DNA of 64,000 nt from an uncultured delta proteobacterium (lineage in GTDB: Bacteria > Desulfobacterota > Binatia > UBA9968): the NCBI GenBank assembly GCA_963755715.1, contig CAVWLW010000033.1:256001-320000 (forward strand), in the 5' to 3' direction. Both the position numbers and the translations under genes were made by a program. Below are positions 10,336-18,579 of the stretch, piece after piece. The notes beneath the pieces were generated by a model, which was not told the origin of the DNA, did no database searches, and worked only from the letters and a program-made list of their open reading frames with translations. Each line of letters opens with the position of its first letter. The first letter of the stretch is position 1.

Positions 10336-11469
10336 ATGATTAAGGCGTGGGACGCGGACGGGCATGTATCGGAATCCGAAGTGACGTTCTCGGACAAATA
10401 CTGGGATCTTAAATTGAAGGATCGCAGACCGAGCATCGTGGAGACCGGACCGGACGGGCCGCTCTACTGGATGATCGATACCCGCTCTTTTCCCGTGAGG
10501 AGCGGGCCCTATCAGCAAGCCGGCTTTCCCCTAAGCAAGAACGGCGTCGCGGCCAAAGTCACGCCGGGAATCAGCCCTCATGATCCCGTCGAAAGCGCGG
10601 AAATGCGCTCGGTCAAGGCTCGCGTCGAACAATTGGACCGGGAGAATACCGCGCTTCAAGTGATCTATCCCACGATGTTTCTCTCCTATCCGATCACCTA
10701 TGATCGGGAATTGGCCGTGGCGATGATGCGCGCCTACAATAGCTGGGTCGCCGATCTCACCAGCCAATATCCGGACCGCCTAAAGTGGGTCACGGTTGTC
10801 GATCCCGTCGATCCGCAGGCATCGGTTCGGGAAATCGAGCGAGGCAAGGAGCGGGGAGCCGTAGCCGTGATGCTTCTCGGCGTCACCGGAGATGTGCGAA
10901 TCGACGACCCGCCCATGGAGCCGATCTGGGCCGCGGCCAACGACACTGGGCTTCCCGTCGCGGTGCATACCGGACACAGCTTTCGCGCCCTCGGCCAGGT
11001 TAACGACACGCACCATGATAAGACGGCGCTATCCTTTTGGCTGACCGTGCAGTTCGCCTTCCACCGTGTGATCTCGAAAGGGATCGCCGACCGCTACCCG
11101 AATTTAAAGATTGCGTTTCTCGAAGCCGGATGTTCCTGGGTCCCGGCTTTGGTGGAGCGGATCGAAGAATACAGCGGCTTTCCCGGAGCGCGGGCGGGAG
11201 TTGATTTTCACAGGGGTTACACCGGCAAGCATTTGCCCAAGGAATACATCGAGCGCGGACAGATTTATTTCGGCTTCGAGGTCGATGAGAAACTTCTCCC
11301 GTTCGCCATCGAAGAGTTCGGCGACCAGTGCTGGGTTTACGGCTCGGATATCCCGCACGGAGACCGCCTCTACGGCGCGGTCGATGTTTTCCTCAAGCGA
11401 GACGATATCAGCGAGGAGAGCAAGCGAAAGCTGCTCGTTGATAACACAGCGCGCTTTTACGGGCTCTAA
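10336..11469 (+). CDS. Amidohydrolase_2 family protein
   Basis: DADGH, RAYNSW, PVAVHTG, AFLEAGCSW, YGSDIPHGD, DNTARFYGL; RBS GGAGG. Confidence 0.9.
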   Translation: MIKAWDADGHVSESEVTFSDKYWDLKLKDRRPSIVETGPDGPLYWMIDTRSFPVRSGPYQQAGFPLSKNGVAAKVTPGISPHDPVESAEMRSVKARVEQLDRENTALQVIYPTMFLSYPITYDRELAVAMMRAYNSWVADLTSQYPDRLKWVTVVDPVDPQASVREIERGKERGAVAVMLLGVTGDVRIDDPPMEPIWAAANDTGLPVAVHTGHSFRALGQVNDTHHDKTALSFWLTVQFAFHRVISKGIADRYPNLKIAFLEAGCSWVPALVERIEEYSGFPGARAGVDFHRGYTGKHLPKEYIERGQIYFGFEVDEKLLPFAIEEFGDQCWVYGSDIPHGDRLYGAVDVFLKRDDISEESKRKLLVDNTARFYGL

Positions 11470-11489
11470 AAGTTGGAAACGTAATCGTC

Positions 11490-11730
11490 TAGGGTTTCGG
11501 AGAGCTCATCAAAAAGCTAGCCACCAAAGCCGGTATCAAGCCCCAGACGTTACGGCGCAAGGGGCGAATGGCAAGGATCGTGGAGGCGCGGGATCGATTT
11601 ATACAGACAGCGGTGTTTGAAGAGGGGTACCTCGGCTCCGAAGGCGCCGGCTTTCTTGCCTGTCATCCATCCAACGTCAGTCGGGCGCTGCAGAAAGACG
11701 ATGGAGTTAATAGACTTAGGCAAGTCTGTC
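11490..11730 (+). mobile_element. 3' stub of a RAYT-like Y1 transposase plus right inverted end
   Basis: HTH-like tail LRRKGRMARIVEARDRFI..FLACHPSNVSRALQK, then AGTTAATAGACTTAGGCAAGTCTG, the reverse complement of the end at 18301..18324. Confidence 0.65.
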
Positions 11731-11744
11731 ATAGGACCAGTCGA

Positions 11745-11860
11745 CCATCCTCGGAATCGTAACACCGATCTGCTTCGTCGCTTTGAGATTGATGATGAAC
11801 TCGAATTTGATCGGCTGCTCGAAGGGAATATTAGCTGGTTTGATGCCGTTGAGATGTTGT
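11745..11860 (-). pseudogene. C-terminal remnant of an ABC_sub_bind-type binding protein
   Basis: LNGIKPANIPFEQPIKFEFIINLKATKQIGVTIP matches the conserved GxKPADLPVEQPTKFELVINLKTAK tail. Confidence 0.75.
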
Positions 11861-12956
11861 TTACTTAGGTAAAGGGCTTGTGCTGCGCAGTACCGGCAGC
11901 CCCATTTGCTGCCACAAAAGCATGCCGCCATGTAGGTTGGCTACCCGAGGAAAACCGGCATCGCGTAGGATCACCGTGGCTTGACCGGAACGCATGCCCG
12001 CGTGGCACACGGGGATCACGGGCTTGTCCTTGGGAATTTCCGCCAGGCGGTCTTTCAGTTCGTTTAACGGAACACATTGAGCCGTGGCGATGTGGCCCAG
12101 CTTGTCCTCCAGTTCTTCGGGTTGGCGCACGTCGAGCACGTGGACTTCAGCGAGATGCTCGGCGACCCACTCCGGGTCGATCTCGAGCAGCCCCGCGTAG
12201 CTCCGCCGCACCGGTCCCCAATCCGCGGGTCGCGGTAACTTCTCATCCTGCGGCTTGCCGCAACGCAGATTAGCCGGCACGGCAATAGCAATCTGCTTGG
12301 GGTGCGGAAGGTTCAGGTTTTCCATGAAGCCGACAAAGTCGCGCTCATCGGCATGACCGCCGATGCGCGGATTGTGCGCACGTTCCTCGCCGACCGAAGA
12401 CATGGTGCGGCCACTGTAATCGTGCCCAGGAAACAACAAGCAATCGTCCGGTAGACTGAAGATCTGCTCGGTGATGGAGCGGTAGAGCGTGCTGGCGTTG
12501 CCGTGCTGGAAATCGCAGCGGCCGGCGCCGCGGATCAGCAGACAGTCGCCGGTGAACGCCATGCGGTGGTCGTCGGTCACGTAGGTGACGCATCCGTCGG
12601 TGTGGCCGGGCGTAGCGCGCACTTCCAGATACCGTTCCCCGAAAACCACCCGGTCGCCATGATCGAAGCGCAGGTCCGCCCCCTGCGTCGCAGCGCAGCG
12701 CTTCGAAATACCGATACGGCAGCCGGTCGCCTGTTGCATCAACCACGCGCCGGTCACGTGGTCGGCGTGGCAGTGCGTGTCGAGCACGGCGAGCAGCTTC
12801 AAGCCGAGTTCTTCCACCAGCGCGCGATCGCGGAAGTGCTGCTCGAAGACTGTGTCGATGATCACGGCCTCAAGGCTTTGCGGGTCGCCCACCACGTAGG
12901 TATAGGTCGACGAAGCAAGCGTCGAACAGTTGGCGAAAAATAATGTTGCCGAACAT
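11861..12956 (-). CDS. Persulfide dioxygenase (ETHE1-like MBL) fused to rhodanese (N-terminal frameshift)
   Basis: IFRQLFD..SSTYTY, DTHCHADHVTG, TPGHTDGC, FTGDCLLIRG.GR.DFQ, PGHDY; rhodanese DVRQPEE..VCHAGMRS. Confidence 0.9.
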
Positions 12957-12983
12957 GGGTAGCTCCTAAAGTGTTCGAGTCCG

Positions 12984-13416
12984 TTATGCGATTCCACTCA
13001 GCTTGGTCAGCAGGATCCCAATCAACCACAGGAAACTGACGATCTGCACGAAAAAGAATCCGAAGCGTACGGATGCCACCGTGTTGGTCTGAACGAAGCA
13101 TACGTGCACCAGCGATTGCATGATGCGGGCAACCAGAACCGCGACTGCCAGCGCATTCACAAAGGCGCTGGCCACGTTGCCAACGTACAGCCCGAAAACA
13201 ATTGCGCCAAAAACCGGAAGGTTTTCGACGCAGTTCGCGTGGGCCCGCATCGCGCGCTATGTACCAATCGGCTCCCTCAATCTGATCAGCCCGGAAGCTG
13301 CGTATCGGCATACGTCCCGTCAGAATCCGACTCCAACGGTATACGCCAACCGTAGCGAGCAACAACAGTACGGTCCAAGCGGCGAATCCCACCAGCATCC
13401 CCACGGGTACCGTCAT
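12984..13416 (-). CDS. MAPEG family membrane protein (frameshifted)
   Basis: Hydrophobic N-terminal helix; RAMRAHANCVENLPVFGAIV; ARIMQSLVH. Confidence 0.85.
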
Positions 13417-13557
13417 GAGGTCGCCTCATCGTGTGACGCATAAGTGTTCAGTCTACTGCCGAATGTCCGGCCGTATTTCACGTTTTTATTTTCGATTCCA
13501 CAAGAACAAACCCGATTGAAATATTCTCCAGTTGCCAAGATCCTGTCAAGGATATTC

Positions 13558-13832
13558 AGCAGGCCGCTGAAAAAGACCCATATGTCGATTGCCCTGAGAA
13601 TCATCGAAGGCTGCGTCAATGGCCTCGAGCGTCAAGGATAAGGGATAAAGGATGAAAAATGGGATTAGTATTATCCTATGGCGTTTTCCTTTATCGTGCG
13701 ACTGTTTACACGCTGTCAAAAAGATCCAGACGCGATCACGGAAAAATCGACGAGCGCAGGCGTACATCGGCAGTACGTTGACTCAGGCGATTGAGCGCAA
13801 CGAAGCATATGGGACTATTTTCAGCAGCTGCT
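13558..13832. mobile_element. MITE-like element with ~27-bp terminal inverted repeats
   Basis: Left AGCAGGCCGCTGAAAAAGACCCATATG; right end reverse complement AGCAGCTGCTGAAAATAGTCCCATATG; no transposase ORF; overlaps the MFS stop. Confidence 0.7.
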
Positions 13833-15119
13833 CATGCGCTTAGCCAACTCGGCGGGCGAGGCCATGGCCAGGGACAGTGGCACCATGAGAGCGCTGATGG
13901 CGATGAGTCCCCAGATGGCGGCGGAGTAGTTCCCGTGCAGGTCGAAGATCAAGCCCATGACCAAGGGACCGACGACTCCCGCCGCAATCGGCCCTCCCTG
14001 CAGAAGGCCCAAGATTCTTCCGATAGCCCGGGTGCCGAACATGATGCTGCCGACGGCGCCGCGCATGGGAACAAGGCAGCCGAAGCCGACGCCGAAACCC
14101 AGCGCGAAAGGCAATGTGGCCCAGACCGTTTTGACTTCTGCAATCTGGAGGTACAACAGCGAAAGGGCCATCATCGCGGCGACGATTGCGAGGACGAGGC
14201 GATAGTCCATCCTGTCCAGCAGAAAGCCGCCGCCGATGCGTCCGATACCGCTGAGGACGAAGACAAAGGACATGACCACGGCCGCCCAGGCCGCGGTGAG
14301 TCCGATGTCTTGCTGGAAGTAGGGAATCATGTGGCCCTGGACGGCGGAGTTTACGGCGAAAGTCCCCGACAAGTAGCTCGTGAATAGCCAGAACTCCTTG
14401 GTACGGAACACTGCGTGGAGCGTCAGCCCGGCGTCCGTTCGGCGGCGCAATGGGCCGCTAAGGTGTTCCGTGGAGGCGCCATCCTCCGGTGGGTCGCCAT
14501 CGGGCCGCAAGCCGTAGGGTTCCGGCCGGTCGCGTACCAGCGTGCTGAGCAGCGTGACACCGACCAAGACCAAGGCACCGTAGCCGAAGAGGACGACGCG
14601 CCAGCCGTACGCCTCCTCGATCTGCGTGTTCAGTATGACGAGGGGCGAGCCGAAGATGGGACCCGTTACCGCAAGCCCCGTGGCCAGGCCGCGGTTGCGA
14701 CGAAACCACCTCGATATGATCACGGGCCAGGTGACCGCGTGGCTGACGCCGGATGCTCCCAGGGAAATGACCACGAAGCAGAGAAAAAACGTGACGATGC
14801 CGGTGATGAAGCCGAGGCCGATGAAGCCGACGCCCGAGATGACGGCGCTCCAGAAAATCAATTTACGCGCGCTGAAGCGATCCAGCAGGAAGCCGACAGC
14901 GGGACTGACAATGCCGGACTCCAACTGGCGCAGCGACATGGCGGCTGAAATAACCCAGCGGTCCCAGCCGAAGGCGCGTTCTATCGGAATGATGAGAACG
15001 CCGAAGCCCTGGAAATAGGCGGCGGAAAAAATCGTGTTGGTCACGACGCTCGCGACGACCATATACCAGCCGAAAAAAATCCGAGGCCTCCCTGATTTCT
15101 CAGTGTGGGTAGCGATCAT
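13821..15119 (-). CDS. MFS transporter (OFA/MCT-like)
   Basis: FFGWYMV start; GFLLDRFSARK and GFLLDRMDYR motif A copies; ISRWFRRNRGLATG; about 12 hydrophobic segments. Confidence 0.92.
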   Translation of the reverse strand: MIATHTEKSGRPRIFFGWYMVVASVVTNTIFSAAYFQGFGVLIIPIERAFGWDRWVISAAMSLRQLESGIVSPAVGFLLDRFSARKLIFWSAVISGVGFIGLGFITGIVTFFLCFVVISLGASGVSHAVTWPVIISRWFRRNRGLATGLAVTGPIFGSPLVILNTQIEEAYGWRVVLFGYGALVLVGVTLLSTLVRDRPEPYGLRPDGDPPEDGASTEHLSGPLRRRTDAGLTLHAVFRTKEFWLFTSYLSGTFAVNSAVQGHMIPYFQQDIGLTAAWAAVVMSFVFVLSGIGRIGGGFLLDRMDYRLVLAIVAAMMALSLLYLQIAEVKTVWATLPFALGFGVGFGCLVPMRGAVGSIMFGTRAIGRILGLLQGGPIAAGVVGPLVMGLIFDLHGNYSAAIWGLIAISALMVPLSLAMASPAELAKRMSSC

Positions 15120-15408
15120 TCCGGGCTTTCTGTGCAGATACGGCGGAGCATATTAATTTATGATAGTCATCGCGGCTGCATTGAACACAGGGGACGGGAG
15201 TGGGGTACGGGTAAGGTCGGACCGCGCTCTGCCTAAGTAACTCGGAAATTTTCCTTCCAGAAAATATGGTTGTTTTCCGATCTTAGCACATACACAGGGC
15301 ATTTCGCTTGCGGCGTATTGAGCTAGGCGAAGCGTCCGAACGCTTGACACGAGCCTCGCTGCCAAACTAACTTCCAGCGACGATAGCCAAACCACGAGGA
15401 GGTGGCGC

Positions 15409-16440
15409 ATGGCGAAAACGCTCGGCGTATTTTTGCTCCTGATCATTATCTCGGTATCGCTGGTCTCGGCGCGTGCTGCCTCGGTCGAGGACTTCTACAA
15501 GGGCAAAACCATCCAGTTCGTCGTCGGCGGCACCGCCGGCGGCGGCTATGATACGTACACCAGGCTGATCGCGCGCCACTTCCCTCAATACGTTCCGGGC
15601 AAACCGTCCACTGTCGTTCAAAATATGCCTGGAGCCGCCATGCTGATCGCGGCGAATTACACTTATAATAGTGCTCCCCGCGACGGCACGGTCATCGGGA
15701 ATTGGTCCGGCCCGCTTATTTTACAGCACATGATGGGCAATCCGGCGGTGCAATTCGAGGGACGCAAGTTTGGTTGGCTCGGTATGCCGACAGCGGATGC
15801 GCTGGTGTGCATAACGACTGAACGCAGCGGGATCAGAACGGCAGAGGATTGGCGCAAGGCTAAAACCCGCGTCAAGCTCGGCGCGATTGGCCCCGGCACC
15901 AGCGGAACCGACGACACCAAGATTCTCGCCGCCGCCACGGATTTCCCGCTGCAGCTGATCGAGGGCTACAAGGGCACCGCCGACATCAGGATTGCCGCGG
16001 AAACCGGGGAAGTCGACGGCACCTGCGCCTTTGGCTGGCAATCGGCGAAGGTGACGTGGGCCAACGCGCTGAAGGCCAAACAGGTGCATGTCGTGCTCCA
16101 GACGATGCTCGAGCCCCATCCTGAGCTGAAGGGTGTTCCTCTCGCCGTCGATTACGCCAAGACGGACGAGGGGAAAAAACTCCTGCGCATCGCCAGCGAG
16201 CTTTACGGCAAGCAGAGACTCTATTCTCTCCCGCCCCAAGTGCCCGAGCAGCGTCTGCGAACACTGCAAAAAGCTTTCATCAGTGTTCTGAAAGATCCTC
16301 AGCTTCTGGCCGAGGCGGAAAAGGCGAAACTCGAGATCGACCCGATCGACGGACCCGGCGTGGAAAAGATGGTCAACGGCTTGTATGAAATCGAGCCTGC
16401 CATCGTGAGTCGAGTGAAACAGATACTCGAGTCAAAGTAG
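15409..16440 (+). CDS. TctC/Bug-like solute-binding protein
   Basis: FYKGKTIQFVVGGTAGGGYDTYTRLIARH..VPGKPSTVVQNMPGA; GYKGTADI..AETGEVDG; RBS GAGGAGG. Confidence 0.9.
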   Translation: MAKTLGVFLLLIIISVSLVSARAASVEDFYKGKTIQFVVGGTAGGGYDTYTRLIARHFPQYVPGKPSTVVQNMPGAAMLIAANYTYNSAPRDGTVIGNWSGPLILQHMMGNPAVQFEGRKFGWLGMPTADALVCITTERSGIRTAEDWRKAKTRVKLGAIGPGTSGTDDTKILAAATDFPLQLIEGYKGTADIRIAAETGEVDGTCAFGWQSAKVTWANALKAKQVHVVLQTMLEPHPELKGVPLAVDYAKTDEGKKLLRIASELYGKQRLYSLPPQVPEQRLRTLQKAFISVLKDPQLLAEAEKAKLEIDPIDGPGVEKMVNGLYEIEPAIVSRVKQILESK

Positions 16441-16460
16441 GACGATAGCCAGCAGGCAAA

Positions 16461-16686
16461 GGCAAGCATCTGCCCAAGGAAAATACATCGAGCGCGGACA
16501 GATTTATTTCGGCTTCGAGGTCGATGAGAAACTTCTCCCGTTCGCAATCGAAGAGAGGCGAAGTGCTGGGTTTATGGCTCCGATATCCCGCAAGGAGACT
16601 GCATCTACGGCGCGGTCGATGTCTTCCTGAAGCGAGACGCGATGTCAGCGAGGAGAGCAAGCGAAAGCTGCTCATTGACAACACGC
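16461..16686 (+). pseudogene. Degenerate copy of the 3' end of amidohydrolase 10336..11469 (matches 11224..11450)
   Basis: Long identical stretch TACATCGAGCGCGGACAGATTTATTTCGGCTTCGAGGTCGATGAGAAACTTCTCCCGTTCGC; otherwise mostly synonymous changes plus indels. Confidence 0.92.
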
Positions 16687-16738
16687 TGACTCATCAATGG
16701 GGCTCAGGCCAACGTCAAACTTTTAAGAGGAGGGTATC

Positions 16739-17530
16739 ATGTGTATTGTCAGTACAGTCGGGCTCGGGGGGCGAAACGATTTGACCGATGTGACGGTATT
16801 TCAGATCCTTTTCAATCTAAATGTTCCTCGTTTCCCCGATCCAAAGCCCGAGAAGCTCGCTACCGATGGACGGATCGGTTCTAAGACGATTGACGCCATC
16901 AAGAACTTCGAGACTAAGGTCATGCGGCTCGCGAGCTCAGATTCCATTGTGGCGCCGGGCGATGCAACCGTGGCGGCCCTTCTGAATGGTCTGGTGCCGG
17001 GTCCATCGAGAGAAAAGCTCTCGGTTGTGATGCCGCGCGCGTTGCTGGACAAGATCGATCGTTATTACGATCCGCTCGTCGCAAGCATGAAGAAGTATCA
17101 CATCACGACCGACCTTCGAATGGCTCACTTTATTGCCCAGATCGGTCACGAAACCGCTTCTTTCCTCTGGGCCGAAGAGCTTGCCGATGGGTCTGCATAC
17201 GAAGGGAGACGGGATCTTGGAAATACGGATCCCGGTGACGGTAAACGTTTCAAGGGGCGCGGCCTGATCCAGCTGACCGGACGCGCGAATTACACGGAGT
17301 ACAAGAAAGTCGCGGGGTTTGACTGCGTGGCCGAACCAGGACGAGTCGCTTCGGACGCGTCCGTTGCTGTCGACGTTGCCTGCTGGTATTGGGACAGGCA
17401 CAAGCTAAATGATCTTGCCGACAGAGACGACGTGAAAGCGATAACCAAAGCGATTAACGGTGGTTTCAACGGACTCGATGATCGCGTCCAGTATCTCTTC
17501 AGAGCCAAGGCCGTGCTCGGCATCAAGTAG
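16739..17530 (+). CDS. Glycoside hydrolase family 19 (lysozyme/endolysin-like) with N-terminal peptidoglycan-binding-like domain
   Basis: STVGLGGRND..DV..FQILFN..DGRIG..TIDAI..F; AHFIAQIGHET..EELADGSAYEGRRDLGN..GDGKRFKGRGLIQLTGRANY; ITKAINGG.NGL.DR. Confidence 0.9.
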   Translation: MCIVSTVGLGGRNDLTDVTVFQILFNLNVPRFPDPKPEKLATDGRIGSKTIDAIKNFETKVMRLASSDSIVAPGDATVAALLNGLVPGPSREKLSVVMPRALLDKIDRYYDPLVASMKKYHITTDLRMAHFIAQIGHETASFLWAEELADGSAYEGRRDLGNTDPGDGKRFKGRGLIQLTGRANYTEYKKVAGFDCVAEPGRVASDASVAVDVACWYWDRHKLNDLADRDDVKAITKAINGGFNGLDDRVQYLFRAKAVLGIK

Positions 17531-17531
17531 A

Positions 17532-18230
17532 ATGTACCGGCCCTGGGTAGCGCTTGCCGCCGCGACATGCTGCCTCCTTCTTGGCGCATGCCGCGGCAAA
17601 GAAGACAGTGTTTCGAGCTCTTCGCCGTCCAGCCAGGCGGCAGGGACCAAAACAAAAGCGGCAAACGCCACGACGTTCCGCCTTCGCATCCATCCCACGC
17701 TCCCCGAATATTCATTCACGTTGGTGAGTGACCGATCCAGCGACAACAGCCAAACGTTGCAGGTGAAAAGAATCGAGATCCGGCGCGGAGGGGAAACTGA
17801 ACCTTTTCAGATCATTGAAGGACTTGACGCCGCCACGCCACTACAGCTGGTCCCGCCGCTTTCTATGGTCGATATGAATTTTGATGGTTACGGCGACATA
17901 CGTCTGATCGAGCTGCAGCCCGCCGGACCGAATGTTCCCTACCTCAACTGGTTGTTTGACCCAGCATCGGGCCGCTTTGTTGAAAGTCGCGCGCTCAACG
18001 AGATCACCTCGCCGCAATTCGATGCCGCTACCCGAGAGATTCGATCGGAATGGCGTGACGGCCCCACGCGCTACGGAACCGACATATACGTTTATAAGCA
18101 GGGCGAGCCGGTACTCGTGCGCAAGGAATCAAAAGAATACCGACAACCGGGCGTCTACACCTTGCGAGTCTCACAGTTGGTTGATGGCGCCTGGAAAACC
18201 GTCGAGCAACGCGAAGTGCGGGAGCCTTGA
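17532..18230 (+). CDS. Lipoprotein, XAC2610-like putative hydrolase-immunity protein
   Basis: Starts 1 nt after the GH19 stop; lipobox LLGAC; DMNFDGYGDI Ca-loop-like motif; GPNVPY..WLFDP..GRF. Confidence 0.7.
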   Translation: MYRPWVALAAATCCLLLGACRGKEDSVSSSSPSSQAAGTKTKAANATTFRLRIHPTLPEYSFTLVSDRSSDNSQTLQVKRIEIRRGGETEPFQIIEGLDAATPLQLVPPLSMVDMNFDGYGDIRLIELQPAGPNVPYLNWLFDPASGRFVESRALNEITSPQFDAATREIRSEWRDGPTRYGTDIYVYKQGEPVLVRKESKEYRQPGVYTLRVSQLVDGAWKTVEQREVREP

Positions 18231-18290
18231 GGCGCTGCGACCGACGTAGCAGCGCATTATCCCGCCAGATGGTCAAGATTCATGTCGGAT

Positions 18291-18490
18291 AAATCGGTGT
18301 CAGACTTGCCTAAGTCTATTAACTTCTGGGGAAGACGATGCCGCGTCACCCGCGAGTTCATGCCGAAGGACTGATCTATCACGTGATGGCGCGGGGCAAT
18401 GACGGGCAGAAGATTTTTCTCAGCCAAAGCGACTATCAGGCATTAATCGAAGCCCTTCGGACCGTGCGTCGTCCTCGGGACAAGACGTAA
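18291..18490 (+). mobile_element. Left inverted end plus 5' stub of a RAYT-like Y1 transposase (copy 1)
   Basis: AAATCGGTGTCAGACTTGCCTAAGTCTATTAACT, then ATG 18338 MPRHPRVHAEGLIYHVMARGNDGQKIF..DY, a Y1_Tnp N-terminus truncated before the HUH motif. Confidence 0.85.
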
Positions 18491-18492
18491 AC

Positions 18493-18551
18493 GGGTCAAG
18501 TCCGCTGTTGCTAAAAACGTTAGGACAGAAAGCAAAAAGCGGACTTGCCCC
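18493..18551. repeat. REP-like long hairpin
   Basis: GGGTCAAGTCCGCTGTTGCT ... AGCAAAAAGCGGACTTGCCCC inverted arms. Confidence 0.65.
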
Positions 18552-18579
18552 CATTTCTGCCGCCTTTTCCCAACGGGCA

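Noticed and set aside
16739-17530. GH19 as a prophage endolysin
   Set aside because: No holin, spanin, structural or integrase genes nearby; the downstream gene is an immunity-like lipoprotein.
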